Source: Balanoglossus misakiensis (lineage: Eukaryota; Animalia; Hemichordata). Taken from it: a DNA stretch of 64,000 nt. Position 1 is the stretch's first letter. Each line of letters starts with the position of its first letter. Positions 13,713-27,412 of this stretch are shown here, piece after piece. The DNA lies in NCBI GenBank assembly GCA_040954595.2, contig CM082598.2:4024607-4088606 (forward strand). The letters run 5' to 3'. Made by a program: the position numbers and the translations under genes. The notes under the pieces were generated by a model. That model was not told the origin of the DNA. It worked only from the letters and a program-made list of their open reading frames with translations, and did not search any database.

Positions 13713-15209
13713 GTTGACAGGTGTTTAAATCGTTGACTAATAATCCAAGCGTTTAATCTGACCACGTAACAAAGTCAGCTGGGAGGGTTTTCGAGCACGG
13801 TTAATAGTATAGTACAGTTATAGTAGTGTACGGTTATAGTGTACAGCTATCCTATGAACTGATACACCACACACACACACGCACTCCAGACAGCCACCTC
13901 CAACTTCAGTCACTTTGATTTATGTTTACACAGACACTGAACAAAGCCCTGAGTAACAAAATAAGCCTTTGGACAAGCGTACAATTCAGCTGATTTAGAC
14001 TGTCCGCTCCAACAAAGCCAGCGAGTCGCAGATCGCCACTGGGATATTTTCCGGCGCCCAAACTGGTGCCAGAGACACAGGTACACCCAGACTGGTGACA
14101 CACTTCCAGACACTAAGTTTTGTTTTGGTCGAAGTTGCTCTCCCGGCCCTTGGTGTACTCGCCTCAGATTTTCCGCATATTTTTCAGATGACAACCCACG
14201 GTCGTAGAAACTTGATCCGATTTCTAATAAAATCCAGCAAACTTTTCATTCAACAATTCTCTGGGAAGACTTCTAGTACAGAACACAATCCGAGCTCCAC
14301 GTTGTAGTCTGCTTCAAAACTTGGTCTCTAACCCGCGAAAAAAAAATTGCCAATTTTGACAAATTTGCACCAAAACTTCCGTTACATCCAAAAAGTCAAC
14401 TGCAAGTTGCACGACCATTCAAAAACAAATGTCTCCGACCACTAGCAGATTTTGCCAACACTTTTAAATCAAGACCACTCTTTTCCCAGACTACTCACTT
14501 AAGCGTCAGTCGACCACTGTCCCCGGAAAATGGTTTGCTTAACCCACTGCATATTATCCTTGACCCCCTAGTTAGACTATATTTGATCTGCAGACAATTC
14601 CTTTGAGAGGGTATTTGGTGTTTGTAGAATTCCTCTGACATCCACGTCAAACTGCTAGCAACACTATTAAGCTAAAGCAAACAGCCATGTGTGTTCCAAA
14701 ACACCTGGGAAAGATTTACACTACACAGTAAATAACATTAAACAACACGTCAGGATCTACGCTTTTAACAATCACACTTCTAAAGTGTAACAACACCCCA
14801 TACAGTTTGACAGTGGTTTAACACCATTCTCAATATCAATGGAAGAGTTTATTACACAGAGACGAGAGGGGTGAGCGTGTAGAGTATCAGCGCACAACCA
14901 GACAGGAAATTGTTATCGAGCAACAATGCAAAAAACCCTTGGGATCACAGGAAAGGTTTAATGATGTTATTGAACAAAGAATGACAGCTCGTAACGAGAC
15001 TATGAGTGCTTTCCCCGCAGATTCAATCAAACTTCACTTCTTGAAAGACGGAGTCATTTCTTGAAGCAATGTTCAACCGACTTGGGCAAATCTTACAAGA
15101 GTTACACTAAAAGACCTCCTGGAGAGAACCTTTATTGGTGTACATCATGAACATTCCAAAGTGGATTTTCAAAGAGCTTGGTGAAGTGTTATACTACTGC
15201 ATTAGATTC

Positions 15210-15363
15210 TAGTCTAGTATCTAGCCGTATTTTGTCTGCTTTGCTTCCAAAAGTAAAGCGGACAATATACAACTATATACTAAGTAGATTCTAGCCATGT
15301 TGTCCCCTTTGCTTCAAGAACTAACAAAGTAAAGGGCACAACACACGGCTAGATACTAGACTA
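15210..15363. mobile_element. Palindromic MITE (TAG...CTA ends, Academ-like)
   Basis: 19-bp perfect TIR TAGTCTAGTATCTAGCCGT / ACGGCTAGATACTAGACTA with two internal hairpin units. Confidence 0.7.
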
Positions 15364-17732
15364 ACTGACTACTTCTGTCAGAAATACTCACTTTTTCACG
15401 CATTTTTCTCAGATTTCTAAAAAAGATAAATACATAAGATTTTATTAAAATATTTTAACCGACAAGAAGATAAAACTACCAACCAAAACACATACAGAAA
15501 AATCCCTTTTTGAACTTTCTTCTTTAAAAAAGTACACATTCAATGTATTCATATACTAGGTCTTCTTTTATTTCTGCACATTATTGAAAGAAACAATTCC
15601 TGTTAAACTTGTCATGCTCCTTATTGACCTACTCTACATCTATCCAACAAACAAGTTCTGCAGTTCAACAACAGATAAATGACAGACAATTACAGACACA
15701 CAGCTGAACGGGCAGAAATGTTTTTCGGAAATTTCGGCTCGTTTTCCACGTGCTGGCTATATTTAGTAACAACCCACCCATTGGGATCAAGTGAACTGTG
15801 TCATAATTCGCCGACCCTGCCAACAGTCATGAACCCAAGGTCATTAACCCATTCACCACTCAAATTAATGCGCCTTATTGTTTCACAGGAAACAGATATG
15901 TTTAATTTTGTCTTTATGGGTGTAAAGTGGGCGTTTCTTTTGTCTTCAAGTTACATCAATGAACACAGAATGAATTTCAAAGCAAATTTTATCGCAGTTT
16001 GCTGACCTTTTATACAATAGGACAACGGACCAGAAAACTTCAATCACAATACATCCAATCATGTTCACCTCTCATCATGGTCAGTTCTCTTAAGAAGTCC
16101 AGACAATGCTACTTTTAAACAGCCCGGGACAAAAAAGTCAGAATTTCTCAACAATTACTCAACTACTTGACTGGCGACTGCTTTTTTGTTGCTATGGAAA
16201 CTTTATTGATCCACTGCATTAAGGTCTAAGACATGAAAGTGTTGACAGGAGAATGCTGAGATCCCCCAGTATGAGACAAAAGATGACATTTTTGTGGTTT
16301 CTTCATTTCCTGTCCACTGAGGGACTTTTTTAACAATCTGTCTTCAAACCAGAACTAATTAATTTTCTCAAGTGGTCCCCAGACTGTGAAATGAAAATGA
16401 AATGTGCAGTGAAAACATTCAAGGAATTTTTAGGCAATCACTCATACTTGTAATTTGAAACAGAAATTGGTATAAAATATCACTATACCTCTTGTAGTAA
16501 CACAAGTGTTGCCTAAGATGTCTACGTTCTTATAATCTAGACAAAGTTTAGCCTAACAATTTTTGATTTCTTACTAACTTTTTAAAGAATATTGCATTTA
16601 TTTTGGGAAGAGGACAATATCGAATATAATTCTCAGTATATTTCTTTCAAAAAGAATAAAATATAGAAAGGGAACTTTTATGTTTAAAGAAAATTTGATT
16701 CAACAACGCGACATGCAGCGGTGCGACACAAGGAATCAGCATCCAATCTGTTTCAGTGTTTCACCATTGACCTCTGATTAATTTTCTCATAAATGTGAGG
16801 CCATAAATGTATCAACATCCAGATGCTTGTTTCAATTATTTAGACCAAGTCCAGGAGAAGTCCAATACGTTGGTCGTCAAAACACATTCCAAAAAATTCT
16901 AGCAACCATTTATTTCATGCATAATGCTTTGCTCTTCGTAGTACTTCGTCTGACATGTGTTGGACACATGAATCAACTGGGTGATCCCTTACATTAAACT
17001 CTAGAGGGCATACTTCAATGCCGTTGGGGAACTTTACCACAATAAGACGTGTCCAACAGATTGACATGTACCTGCCCAGGTGAAACTGGCATCAAAATAT
17101 ATCCACTCTGATACTCGTATTCACATGAACAATACAATGCAACATACATATGTTGGTTGCTATCATTGAAATGTTACACACAAACGCTGCCATACATGCA
17201 AAATCTGATCATTCCTTTGTTTTTCTATGCATATTCAGCTCCAAATAATTTGAAAGTTGACAAAAACTTTCAATTCTCAATTTTCAATCATTTTAGCCAA
17301 AATTCAATGGAAATCATTGATGAGATAAACAATAAATATGTTTTCAAATCCTTCCCAGAAACTGACATTTTTATTCTAACATATTATTAAAAAAGAATCA
17401 GTAACAACACTTTACTAACTCCGCTACAAGAATGACCACTTTTTGTCCACCCCCTCCCCCATGTAAAACAAAAAACTGAATACAGTTAATTGCCTGAGAA
17501 AAGTCAGGCAAATAAAATAACAAGAAGTTACTTGCTATCAAAACATTCTGGTGTTTAATTGTTTATAAAACAAAGAGATTGATGATGCACAAAGGGATGT
17601 TTCCCCTGGGACAGGCTCTGGTATTTGTCTCACACAGTAAAACAATGGCAACACTCAAATTTGGCTTCTTCAAAGGTGAATGACTTAGTTAGGGCCAACC
17701 TGAAGGTAAAGACTAAGATGCTGATCCAAACC

Positions 17733-18005
17733 CCCACTCTTATGTTAGACTCTAACTTAGAAGTTAGATGATATTATCCATTTTATCCGATATTATCCTT
17801 GATAAAACGACATGTCGGACACATGGCCCACCAACCTCGAGCTCCCCATTCAGTGCCACTCTAATATTAGACTCTAACTTAGAAGTTAGACAATGTTAAT
17901 ATCGATTTTATATGATATTATCCGATAAAATGGCAAGTCGAGTCCCCATCAACCTCCCACTCTAATATTAACCTCTAACTTAGAAGTTAGAAGTTTTGTT
18001 ATCCG
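17733..18005. repeat. Degenerate ~110-125 bp tandem repeat x3
   Basis: CCACTCT(T/A)AT(G/A)TTA(G/A)..TCTAACTTAGAAGTTAGA recurs at ~17734, ~17856 and ~17957; the core TCTAACTT-AG-AAGTTAGA is an inverted repeat. Confidence 0.8.
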
Positions 18006-18561
18006 ATAATGCCTATAGTGCCAATGTTGGCGCTATACTCCTGAAAACACCAGCTAGATTCTAGACCTTCTGCACAGAGAACACTTGAGATTTCAGTTTG
18101 TATAACAACTATGTTGTTTACATGTTCACAGAACAGTAGCAAACATTCCAGACCCCAATTACACCAGACTCCCATTGTACACAAATTGTCCGGGTTAATC
18201 AGACCAGGTTAACACCAGGAATGTAATTGGTATAGACTGGACTATGGACTAATAGGAATGTATGGTAATCTAGAATGGACTACACTGTAGGTATATAATT
18301 GGGACACTGTCTGATTTAACCACACGCATGCATACAATTGAACAGGTATGCAATTCAATGTATGAATGACTGCTTAAACTGTCCACAAGGACATACATTG
18401 TATCCACAGGGAGAGTTAGTACCATCCCTACAGAGACTCTGTAAAAACACTTAGCATCCGGCTGATGTGTTGGCATTTGGATAACACCACTGTATTCAAC
18501 GAGATGTAACAATGTTTTTCTTAAAAGCGCTTATTTACTACCGTGCTTTCTCAAATCATAA

Positions 18562-18646
18562 CCCTTTCACCCCCAGTTCTCTCTCTTGAGGTCCAACTTT
18601 ACCATGGGAAACAATGGGTTTGGACTGAACCATGGTGGTGTAAGGG
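18562..18646 (-). mobile_element. ~85-bp piggyBac-like MITE, copy 3
   Basis: TAA-CCCTTTCACC...GGTGTAAGGG; reverse complement of copy 2. Confidence 0.75.
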
Positions 18647-19883
18647 TGGTATAGAAACCGTACTTTATGAGACAAATGTCTGAGTCTATCTTCAACGTTC
18701 CCAACCATTAGCAAAGTTCAATACAGATGTTAATTGCCTGTATTCCACAACAAAGTAATGTTTAACTTTGACAATACCCTAAGGCAAGTTTTCGGAAGAA
18801 TGTTGAAAGTTTTTCTGTTTTCGGATTTGTGTGTTTTTGTTACAAACTAACAACTAGACTGTGTTTTTTCAATTGTGCAACATATTAGTATTAACTATGG
18901 CGTTTCCATGCCATTTACTGTGAAACGTTTCTTGGTTGACAATCAGGAAGTGTTATTTGTCATTGGTGAGAATCTAGGACTGATACAGAAAGTTTTAAAT
19001 TAATATCTGTCGTCTAACATCTGTTTATTTTCAATTAACAGACACCTGTTGATTAAATCGCTTGCTAGAAGTTCGAAATATTCTCCGATAGAATTGAAGA
19101 ACTTTAAAATTCTCTGTACACTTTGGCTGATTGTGGTATTCTTAGAGAAACTTTGGCTCCAATGTAAATATTTTGGCTGCTGTATTGATTGCTATGCCCT
19201 GCCCGGGGATGTTTTCCGTGAATTGGGTATTTAGCAAAGATCCTCTGGTGACGGTCAAAGCATATCAGAAGTCAACATCTGCCTGAAAGGTCTACTTTGT
19301 AAGATAATGAAATGAAATTCACAAAGTGTTGTGGCAGATATAGTTAGGGTATCTCCGAAGTTCATAAAAGCACTTCTGCATTATCGATGCTAACTTTGAA
19401 ACATGGAAGATCTAGACGATTAAAATGTTAGTCACTCAAACATATTAGACATTTGAGGAGTTAACTCCAGTTCCATTTTTAGGAGTGTGGTGTTTCGGAC
19501 AAAAATGTCACTTTCCAGAACTTTTATATTTAAAGCGTTGAACGTGGATTGACTATATATCCACATGTAGAATAACATAAACAGTGTCTTGTATCAAACA
19601 TAATTAATGGAAAAAGGGCAGCGAGAGAGAGACTTTGTCCCTTTAATACACATGGCGAAGTACGTAACGTGCAACTGCAACCTCATAAACTGAACATTAC
19701 ATGTATTGACAGAACTATTTGGTCTCAGATCAACCAGTAGAGAATGTTTCACATGTAATAACACGGTCAACGGAACATAAACCACCTTTGACACACGCCA
19801 TCAAGACAAATCCCCAAGCCATCACCCGTGACTTGTGTCCTTCATTTTTTACGAGCACATAAAAGAAAAACTTCGTTATTTAC

Positions 19884-19916
19884 CTTTTTCCGATCCAGCT
19901 TATACTTCTGAAGCAT
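19884..19916 (-). CDS. NAV2: Neuron navigator alternative first coding exon B (MLQKYKLDRKK)
   Basis: GCCATG Kozak context, 11 codons, phase-0 donor AAG|GTAAAT; GC box (CCCGCCC ~20241) and CACGTG upstream. Confidence 0.5.
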
Positions 19917-22900
19917 GGCGATTACAAACTTGACAGTGCAAATATGAAAAGTTTACAGATAAACAAACTCGAAGTTAGCCAGCTAGCTAGCTGCTGACAG
20001 GGTGGCCTAGGTACAGACAGACTACAGTTTATTGACAACGAATTCTCCTATCAACACAACACGTCTGACCAACCGCCAGTCAAGAGTTTAATACATAAGA
20101 GTCAATAAACCACTGCATCTTGTCGGCTGTATCTTTGTTTTAGCTTGTCAAGTCGGCCTTACAAAACCACGCAAGTGGAAAAACCTTCCCATTGGAAGGA
20201 ACCTGGACGGCATACGTGTTGGGGTCAAAGTTTACCAGAGCCCGCCCACCTAAAAGGGGTTTGTGTATAGCACGTGGTCTTCCCTCGGGCAATAAACTGA
20301 TCGTGAATTATCAATCTCCGTTGCAAGTTGTAAAGGTGAAAGTTCAAATGTTCTGGATGCAGCAAACAATTTCCCTGGCTTGTTACTTGTATATCTGTTT
20401 TACCTCTTAGTCCTCATTCAATTTTAAATATCCAAAGAAGTAAAATTAATAAACAGGTGTCATACCCAATTATTCAGCCTTCCATGCAAGATTACACAAC
20501 TCTCCTGGTATGTACACATGCATTTACGCATCTTCACAAAATCAAAATCATCTATTCCACCAGCTAAAGATAAAAAGAAGATTTAAGTATTTTATCGTTT
20601 AAAATATACTAAAAGTGGCAGCTCATGGGGCTTTAAATAAATAACAATAAGTAAACCAGGTGTTTTTCCTTTATTGTTTGTCGAACTTCACTCTTTTATT
20701 ATCATATAAAAGCAATGGAATTCTGCATGACATATCAGTACTTGTGATGATGCATTTTCTATGGTATTTAAACTTTGACTGTCGACAAAACTTTCCAAAA
20801 ATCCCTGCAAAATTCGATCTGGGTATGTACCTGCTTGACTGTAATACTGCCCTCTATTGGGAAGACTTGCTTACATTACTTAAAGTCATTAATAAACTTT
20901 ATTGACCTTAAAAAAAATCATGCCTTTTAAATTCTGGAATGTTAATGCTCTTGCTGAAGTATTTACAGGTAGGTGTCATTGAAGTGGTTTGCACAATGGT
21001 GCCAGTTGAGGACAAGTATCTGTCAAATTGGCTGAAAAGCCGATTAGAGGTTCGGTATGCTTTGGATGGACGGCGACAGAGAACTTTTAACCTTCAGCGG
21101 CAGGTTGAACCACTCACCCAAGGTCGGTGGTCGAGTTTCGGACCGTGACGAGAACAGTTAGATTAGGTGAAATTGATGTCATTGTAAGTTGCCGACAGAT
21201 ATGGGTCATTTCACTCCATTTATAAGATTTATAACTTCCAGGTAGGATTGGTCCAGATTATAAACTTGTTCCGTGAACAAGGTTTGAAAAAGTTTGTTTG
21301 TAGAACCGTAAGTATTCCATAGTTTTAGTTTATGACAGATAGTTTCTGTGTACACATTAACAGCAATGAAATAACACATTTCAATCTCCAGTTTATTGTG
21401 GAGCCTAGCATTTTGTAAATTCCAGTCTAAATAGTATCTCTGATAACAATTTTTGAGAGCGAAGTGAAAAATTACATGTAAAAGGTGTAACGGGATATTG
21501 GCATACTATGTTTGCTCAAAGCAACTGTTGTTAGAACCAATCTGGCAGGAAAGATTTGTCTGGTTGCTCATAGCAACAGACTTCCCGAGCAGTCACTTTA
21601 CTCCAGATCACATAAATTATCAGAAATCTATGATTCAAAACAAACACCAATGCTATAAAACTGCCAATGTGGTCTGTTGACATTTATGCTGGGAACACCG
21701 AGGCAAAAGAAATGTGTTTTTGACTTTTTTTCAACAAAATCGTTGGCAGGCAACAGCGTCTGAATTTGTCGTCTATACCGCACCCTGTCTCCAACAACTG
21801 GCACCAGAAATGAACATTTGATGAAGTATTAAATTTGAATTACGTTGTCTGCAAACAGAAGCGACTCCTTAGTTGCTAGGATACCACACTGAAAACGAAC
21901 GACCGGTGGAGTACTTGTCACCAAAGTTATACCAGACATGATCCCTAACCCAACAGTGATGGCCTCGATGACCTCTGACCTATAACTGTTGCCCTCCATA
22001 CCTCCTGTTGCCCTGCACAGTTCAATTCATCAACAGCCAGTTTTAAGTGTAGGGTCAGCATGAACTGAACATATAGCTTGTAAATATAACTACATCAGAT
22101 TGCTATAATTTGAACGAGATATATATATGAAAAGAATGATTTATTGGTTATTGTATATTTCATTCAAATAGCAATTTCACAATGGCAGCCACTGGTAATA
22201 AAACTAAAACCAGTAAAAGCACAACAGATGCATCTCTAAAGGCACTGGTTGTCTGAAAATTCAATCTCGTTCGAAGTTCATTCTAACTTTTACCAAATCT
22301 GCAAGGTAAAGTCTTCCAGTTTCTCTAGTAAAACTTCTGTCACTTTATCACATGGGTGTGTTCACAAACCTGTCAAAGGTGTTATTGCCAACTTGAAGGT
22401 ACACCTAGGGGGTGTTACCACAGACATCCAAAAATAGCAATCAATTTATTACCAACTAACCCAATCACTAGAGCACACCTCTGTGTGTATAAATGTTTGC
22501 AATCAGATCACTGGTATCTCAAACTCTAAGCCTTGGTCAAATCCAGCCAATCCTTCCTTGGTGGATCTTGTCGCACAGATTGCGACATTGGGGGAGTGAT
22601 GCCAGGATTAATCATGTCGGTCAAAGGGCATCAAAGGGGAACACTTGTTATTGTTTGCTACTTAAAGGCCAATGATCGTTTTTTTTCGCATGTGCGTAAT
22701 TTCCGATCGGAATGTTCTGCAAATTTTGCGTTCAACGCATTCTAATAGTGGATTGCCTTCGCTTCCTTCCATATTTCAAGCCCACTGTTATAGACTTTGT
22801 AATGTCCCTTCTTTTTCACCCAATTTTCTGTCTTTTCCCGATCTCCGACACAGACTATAGTTGCCGTCATCTTGTCTGTTGTTAAGACAGCACACTGCCC

Positions 22901-25900
22901 GCATTGACTGTATACAATTTATGTAACCAGAGTCTCTGTTTTGGCACATGCGTATAAGACGAATGTCGCAGAATGAGACCACACATTCACCTTGAAATCA
23001 GTCGTGCAGTGTCGGGTCAATGAACTTGACCTAAATACAAGGGACACACATGAAACGTGCAAACACAGACCAAGGTTACTGTCAGTCCCAATGGTGACCC
23101 AGAAAAATAGGACAATCAAATTGGGATGATAAATGAGAATGAAAACATCACAAAGTTATCTATTATCTTTTTATTTTATTTTTTTAATGTCAGATATCGG
23201 TGTTATTTTATCTTGCTCAAACAATGATTCAAAACTGTCCAGGTAAGTTTAAACAGAACGAGACTTGTTAAAGGGGATGTGTGATGTACAAATAATGTTT
23301 GTTTCCCAATAAACATTTCCATATACAGACAAAAGGTCTCTAGAAATGCCCACATCAACACATATGGGCCTTTAAGTTAATAGTCAATTTGGATGACTGC
23401 ACAGATTTTATTAAAGTCCGATCCCAGCCGGTTCCACAAAGGGCCATTTACAATGGAATAGACATCACGTACACAAGAACATTATTTATATTTACAACCC
23501 TGTTTTCCACCCCTTGGTATCTTCAATTCTGACAGTCATGAATTATATGTGGTTTGCAACCGTCCACAATAAATATTAGAAACTGACTAAACATCTGGCG
23601 ACTAAACCAGACACAAATCAACAAACTCAGAAGAAGGCCTAAGTTTTAACAACACATGCCTCGAAGCCAAAAAGGCAGAACGAATTACTGACCAGGTTTT
23701 TCAAAAGACTTCATTTTCTAGGTGATATATGATGTCATATATGTTCCACAACTGTAGTACTGTACTTAGAGGCTGTTTTTTTTCTATTTTATGATTGACC
23801 AAATGGCTTGTCCTCATGCAAGACTGACCACAGACAATGAATGGACACCTGAAGGCTTGACTCTGTAAATCTTTAGGGCGGACACATATTACACATCAAT
23901 GATCATTATTACTGGTACAATACCAGTTATGCACGAACATTCACCAGAGATATAGGTCCATTCAAATCGATGGCGTTATGGTACTTCACCGATAGTTTCA
24001 ATTAACTGCATACACTTCACAGTGGCATGATAAAACATTGCACTCTGCACTGTACCAGCCGCTGTGATTAGAATCAAGGTGACCATGAATTCAAATCAGC
24101 CGGGAATCAACCGATTTTCCCGAACATATTCCCGCTTCAGGAATAGACATAGACCCACCTGCATAATTGAGGGAAGTGTGTATAGATAACTCATCTTCCG
24201 GGCGGGAAAAAAATCAGGGAATATCCAGAAAACCAGTCCTGGTTGTCAGGTTCTTGTACCCCGAAGTGCGAAGTTTAGAATGGTCAAAAGCCGGCGTAAA
24301 CAATGGTAGCCCTGACTTGTTAATAGCTGTTATCTCTAGGTTATCTTAAATAAACACCCTTATCAGTGTTAGCACTCCAACAGTAATGTCCAATGTTTGA
24401 TTGAATGATTGCAAACACCAAACTAACACAGTGACATCATAACACAATAACACAGCTTAGCACTGCTGTGTGTGTGTGGTATCCATTTTCAAGGTTTTCG
24501 CAAACTCCTGAGGACAAAAAGTTGTCACGTGGGTGCAATTAATTTATTTCTGTGAAATTTGCATGTGGACGGGAACGAGATATTTAAAATTAACTTGTTT
24601 TTGCTTGTAATTTTTTCATTAATCTTCATCAACACCACTCTAAATTTTCTTAATTTCACCTTTATCATCTTGAAGTGACAGTATATGTTGTACAATGTAG
24701 CTCCTTAATATCAGGATACTGGCTCTTTGAATAACGCAAGTTTCACTTAGGTTAATCACGGTCACTCCATACTGAGGCACTTGAGTAGAAAACAGGGAGA
24801 CATGCACAGTGCCCACTGCCCACTGGATAAAATAAAAAGATTTATTGCAAGTTGGGAAAACTAGTTTCGCACACACTTGCAAATATTAACTTCACTGGAC
24901 CTGCATGTCTAAATGAAAGCTTATTTTTCATGAGAGCTCTTTCAAAACTTAGCTCGTTTCAGGAGCCATTTTGGTTGCCACGGACAACTGAAAAACGTTA
25001 ATCAGTTTATCATACAGGGGAAGATTATTATTATCAAGGTGTTTTGATTAGAACTGGAGTTCGTTGTGTCAACTAAACATCATCCCTGTAGCTGCGCAGT
25101 AATAAGAGATTCAACACTCTCTGTTTAAATTTCTATGCAAAGGTACTACTACTCTTAATTTTACTTGAAAGTAGTAAAATAGCAATCAATTTCACAGTGT
25201 ATATTTCAGAAGTCCACTTTGTTTTTCTGTGACCTTCACAAGATAGGGATTACCTCCAAAAGCAGTCACACACAGACTGATTTCAGCAGCAATGCTGGAC
25301 AAGCTTAAAAGCATAAGTGAGTTTTTTCCACTTTAACTGAATTAGTGTTTAAAATCTGTTTTTAATATGTGATGTACATCTCGAAGGATCTGTTTATTTG
25401 GCTTTCTCAACACTTGGTGGCGCAATCACCACTTGACTATGAAACACATTACACCCAAACACAGTAAGACAGTAGACACGGGTTCATTGAGAATGTAAAG
25501 ACAACTAACGTCCAGATAAGGTACAGAATAAGGAATTTCAGTTTAGGTCTAAAAATGATCTCAAGTAAAAATATAAATGAAAATGTACATACCGGTAACC
25601 TAAAATATTATTTTAATTTGTATTTTATTTAAATTTAAATTTTGTTTTCATTTCCATTACTCAAGTGTCCCTAATATCAAATATTATATTTAAGTGTTAC
25701 CATTAATAAATGGATAAGATGGCTCAATTTCCTATTTTTTTACAAAGACCTGCTCAAAATCAAGTGTTGATAAGACGGCTCAAGACATGTTAACGTTTTC
25801 TTGAAGACCTTGATATGAGAAATACTGCATAATGTATGAACAGTGTGGGTGTTAACATTAGGTTTAGACGCGAATATTTCTTACTTAGGCAAACTCACCT

Positions 25901-26899
25901 GGGTTGCCTCAATATGTCTTCCCTAGAGGGACGTTTTGTCAGTGTTGTGTATGCTAATCTCACGGAAAAAACGTGACACAAATCCATACACAGCTAACCC
26001 ACAGCCACTGTCAAATCTAACCTTTATATACTACTCCCTTCTTCTCTGATTTCATTAAAGATTGCTTGATACACACACCCCAGGATACATTATCAATTTC
26101 TTCCTGTACAGGTATATTAAAAAAACACTGGCACAATTCCACACATATTGAAATCTTTCATTGCCATATTGGATTTGGGTCCCCATTGATTTCAATTGTC
26201 GGATTGGAATGACACATATAGAAGTGGGCGTGAAAGGGTTTCAGCTGACATTTCCACTGTGTCAAATTTTTTGTCTTGCTTAATCACATATCGGCATGTC
26301 TTGTCTGCTTTCAATGCTGAAATACTTTTTTTTTAGATTTGAATGTTTAATGAACAATCTTGTCTATCATTGTACATACCTAATATTTAAAATGAAAGGA
26401 ATATTTTACTTGAAAAGCACTTTTACTACAAGGCAGAATAAAAATGAACTTGATTTATGATTTTAATTGATAATTTATGAAGGATTATGTCATACAGGGT
26501 GATCTAAACCATTGATCAGTAAATAGAAACTGAAGAATTCAGTTTAGTTTAACTGAGATTATTAACTATCTGGTGCAAAATCAATATCAATCTTTCAAAA
26601 TTACCTGCCTTTTTATTAAACATTAAAACCAACAGATACTTTTCAAAACTACTGAACCTGGCAGACTCATGTTTCCAAGCCATGGTCCCTATGGTGCTTT
26701 GGCCTCTAGATGGCAGTATAACCACCTACGGGATATAAATCATGTTTAGTTTGCACGCTGCGTGACCTCATCGGGTCAGGCAAAGATTCTTAAACCTCCC
26801 TGTGGAGTCATTAAAAGGGTTGTGTAATTATTCTGTGTGGTGCAGATCTTCGGTCCAGAAGATACTGACTCAACCTGAAGAATACACAGTGAATGCTTA

Positions 26900-27412
26900 A
26901 AGGGGCAGTGGCTGCTTCGACGACATCATCATTATCATGTTTTCCATTGCTTCAAAAGCTGATATTGAATGTGTGCCTTTAAACATGTTTCCTTACACAT
27001 ACTCTATGTATATTCTATGAACATCTTTAGAATTCTATAGCCTATTCTATGAACATCTGTAGAATTCTATAGCCTTATTCTATGAACATCTGTAGAATTC
27101 TATAACCTTATGAATTTCTATAGATGTTTATAATAATTCTATGGAAATCTAAACAGTCTATAAACATCAATAGAATTCTATAGCCTATTGAATTTCTATA
27201 GAAATTTATAGAAATTCTATTAAAATTTTTTGCATGACTACGAAGACATACCGTAAAGTACTCTTACATATCTGAAGACTTCAAATAAAAATTTCATTCA
27301 GATATAACAAATAAAGTAAGTTTATGGCTGAAGTGTGTCACACACTCTGCATTTTATGGGGCTCATTGTGTTTCTATTAGCCGTAAATTGACTACAAGTA
27401 GCGGCTGCCACG
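26900..27412. mobile_element. Degenerate Kolobok-like non-autonomous element carrying a nested repeat
   Basis: TTAA-AGGGGCAGTGGCTGC at the left end; weak inverted counterpart GTAGCGGCTGCCAC at ~27398-27411. Confidence 0.35.
27011..27225. repeat. 32-33 bp tandem repeat x3 plus inverted degenerate copies
   Basis: TATTCTATGAACATCTGTAGAATTCTATAGCC(T) x3, followed by TTCTATAGA-rich palindromic variants. Confidence 0.85.

Noticed and set aside
12544-14194. 94-147 aa minus-strand ORFs near NAV exon C
   Set aside because: No domain similarity; more simply explained as 5'UTR or intron sequence.
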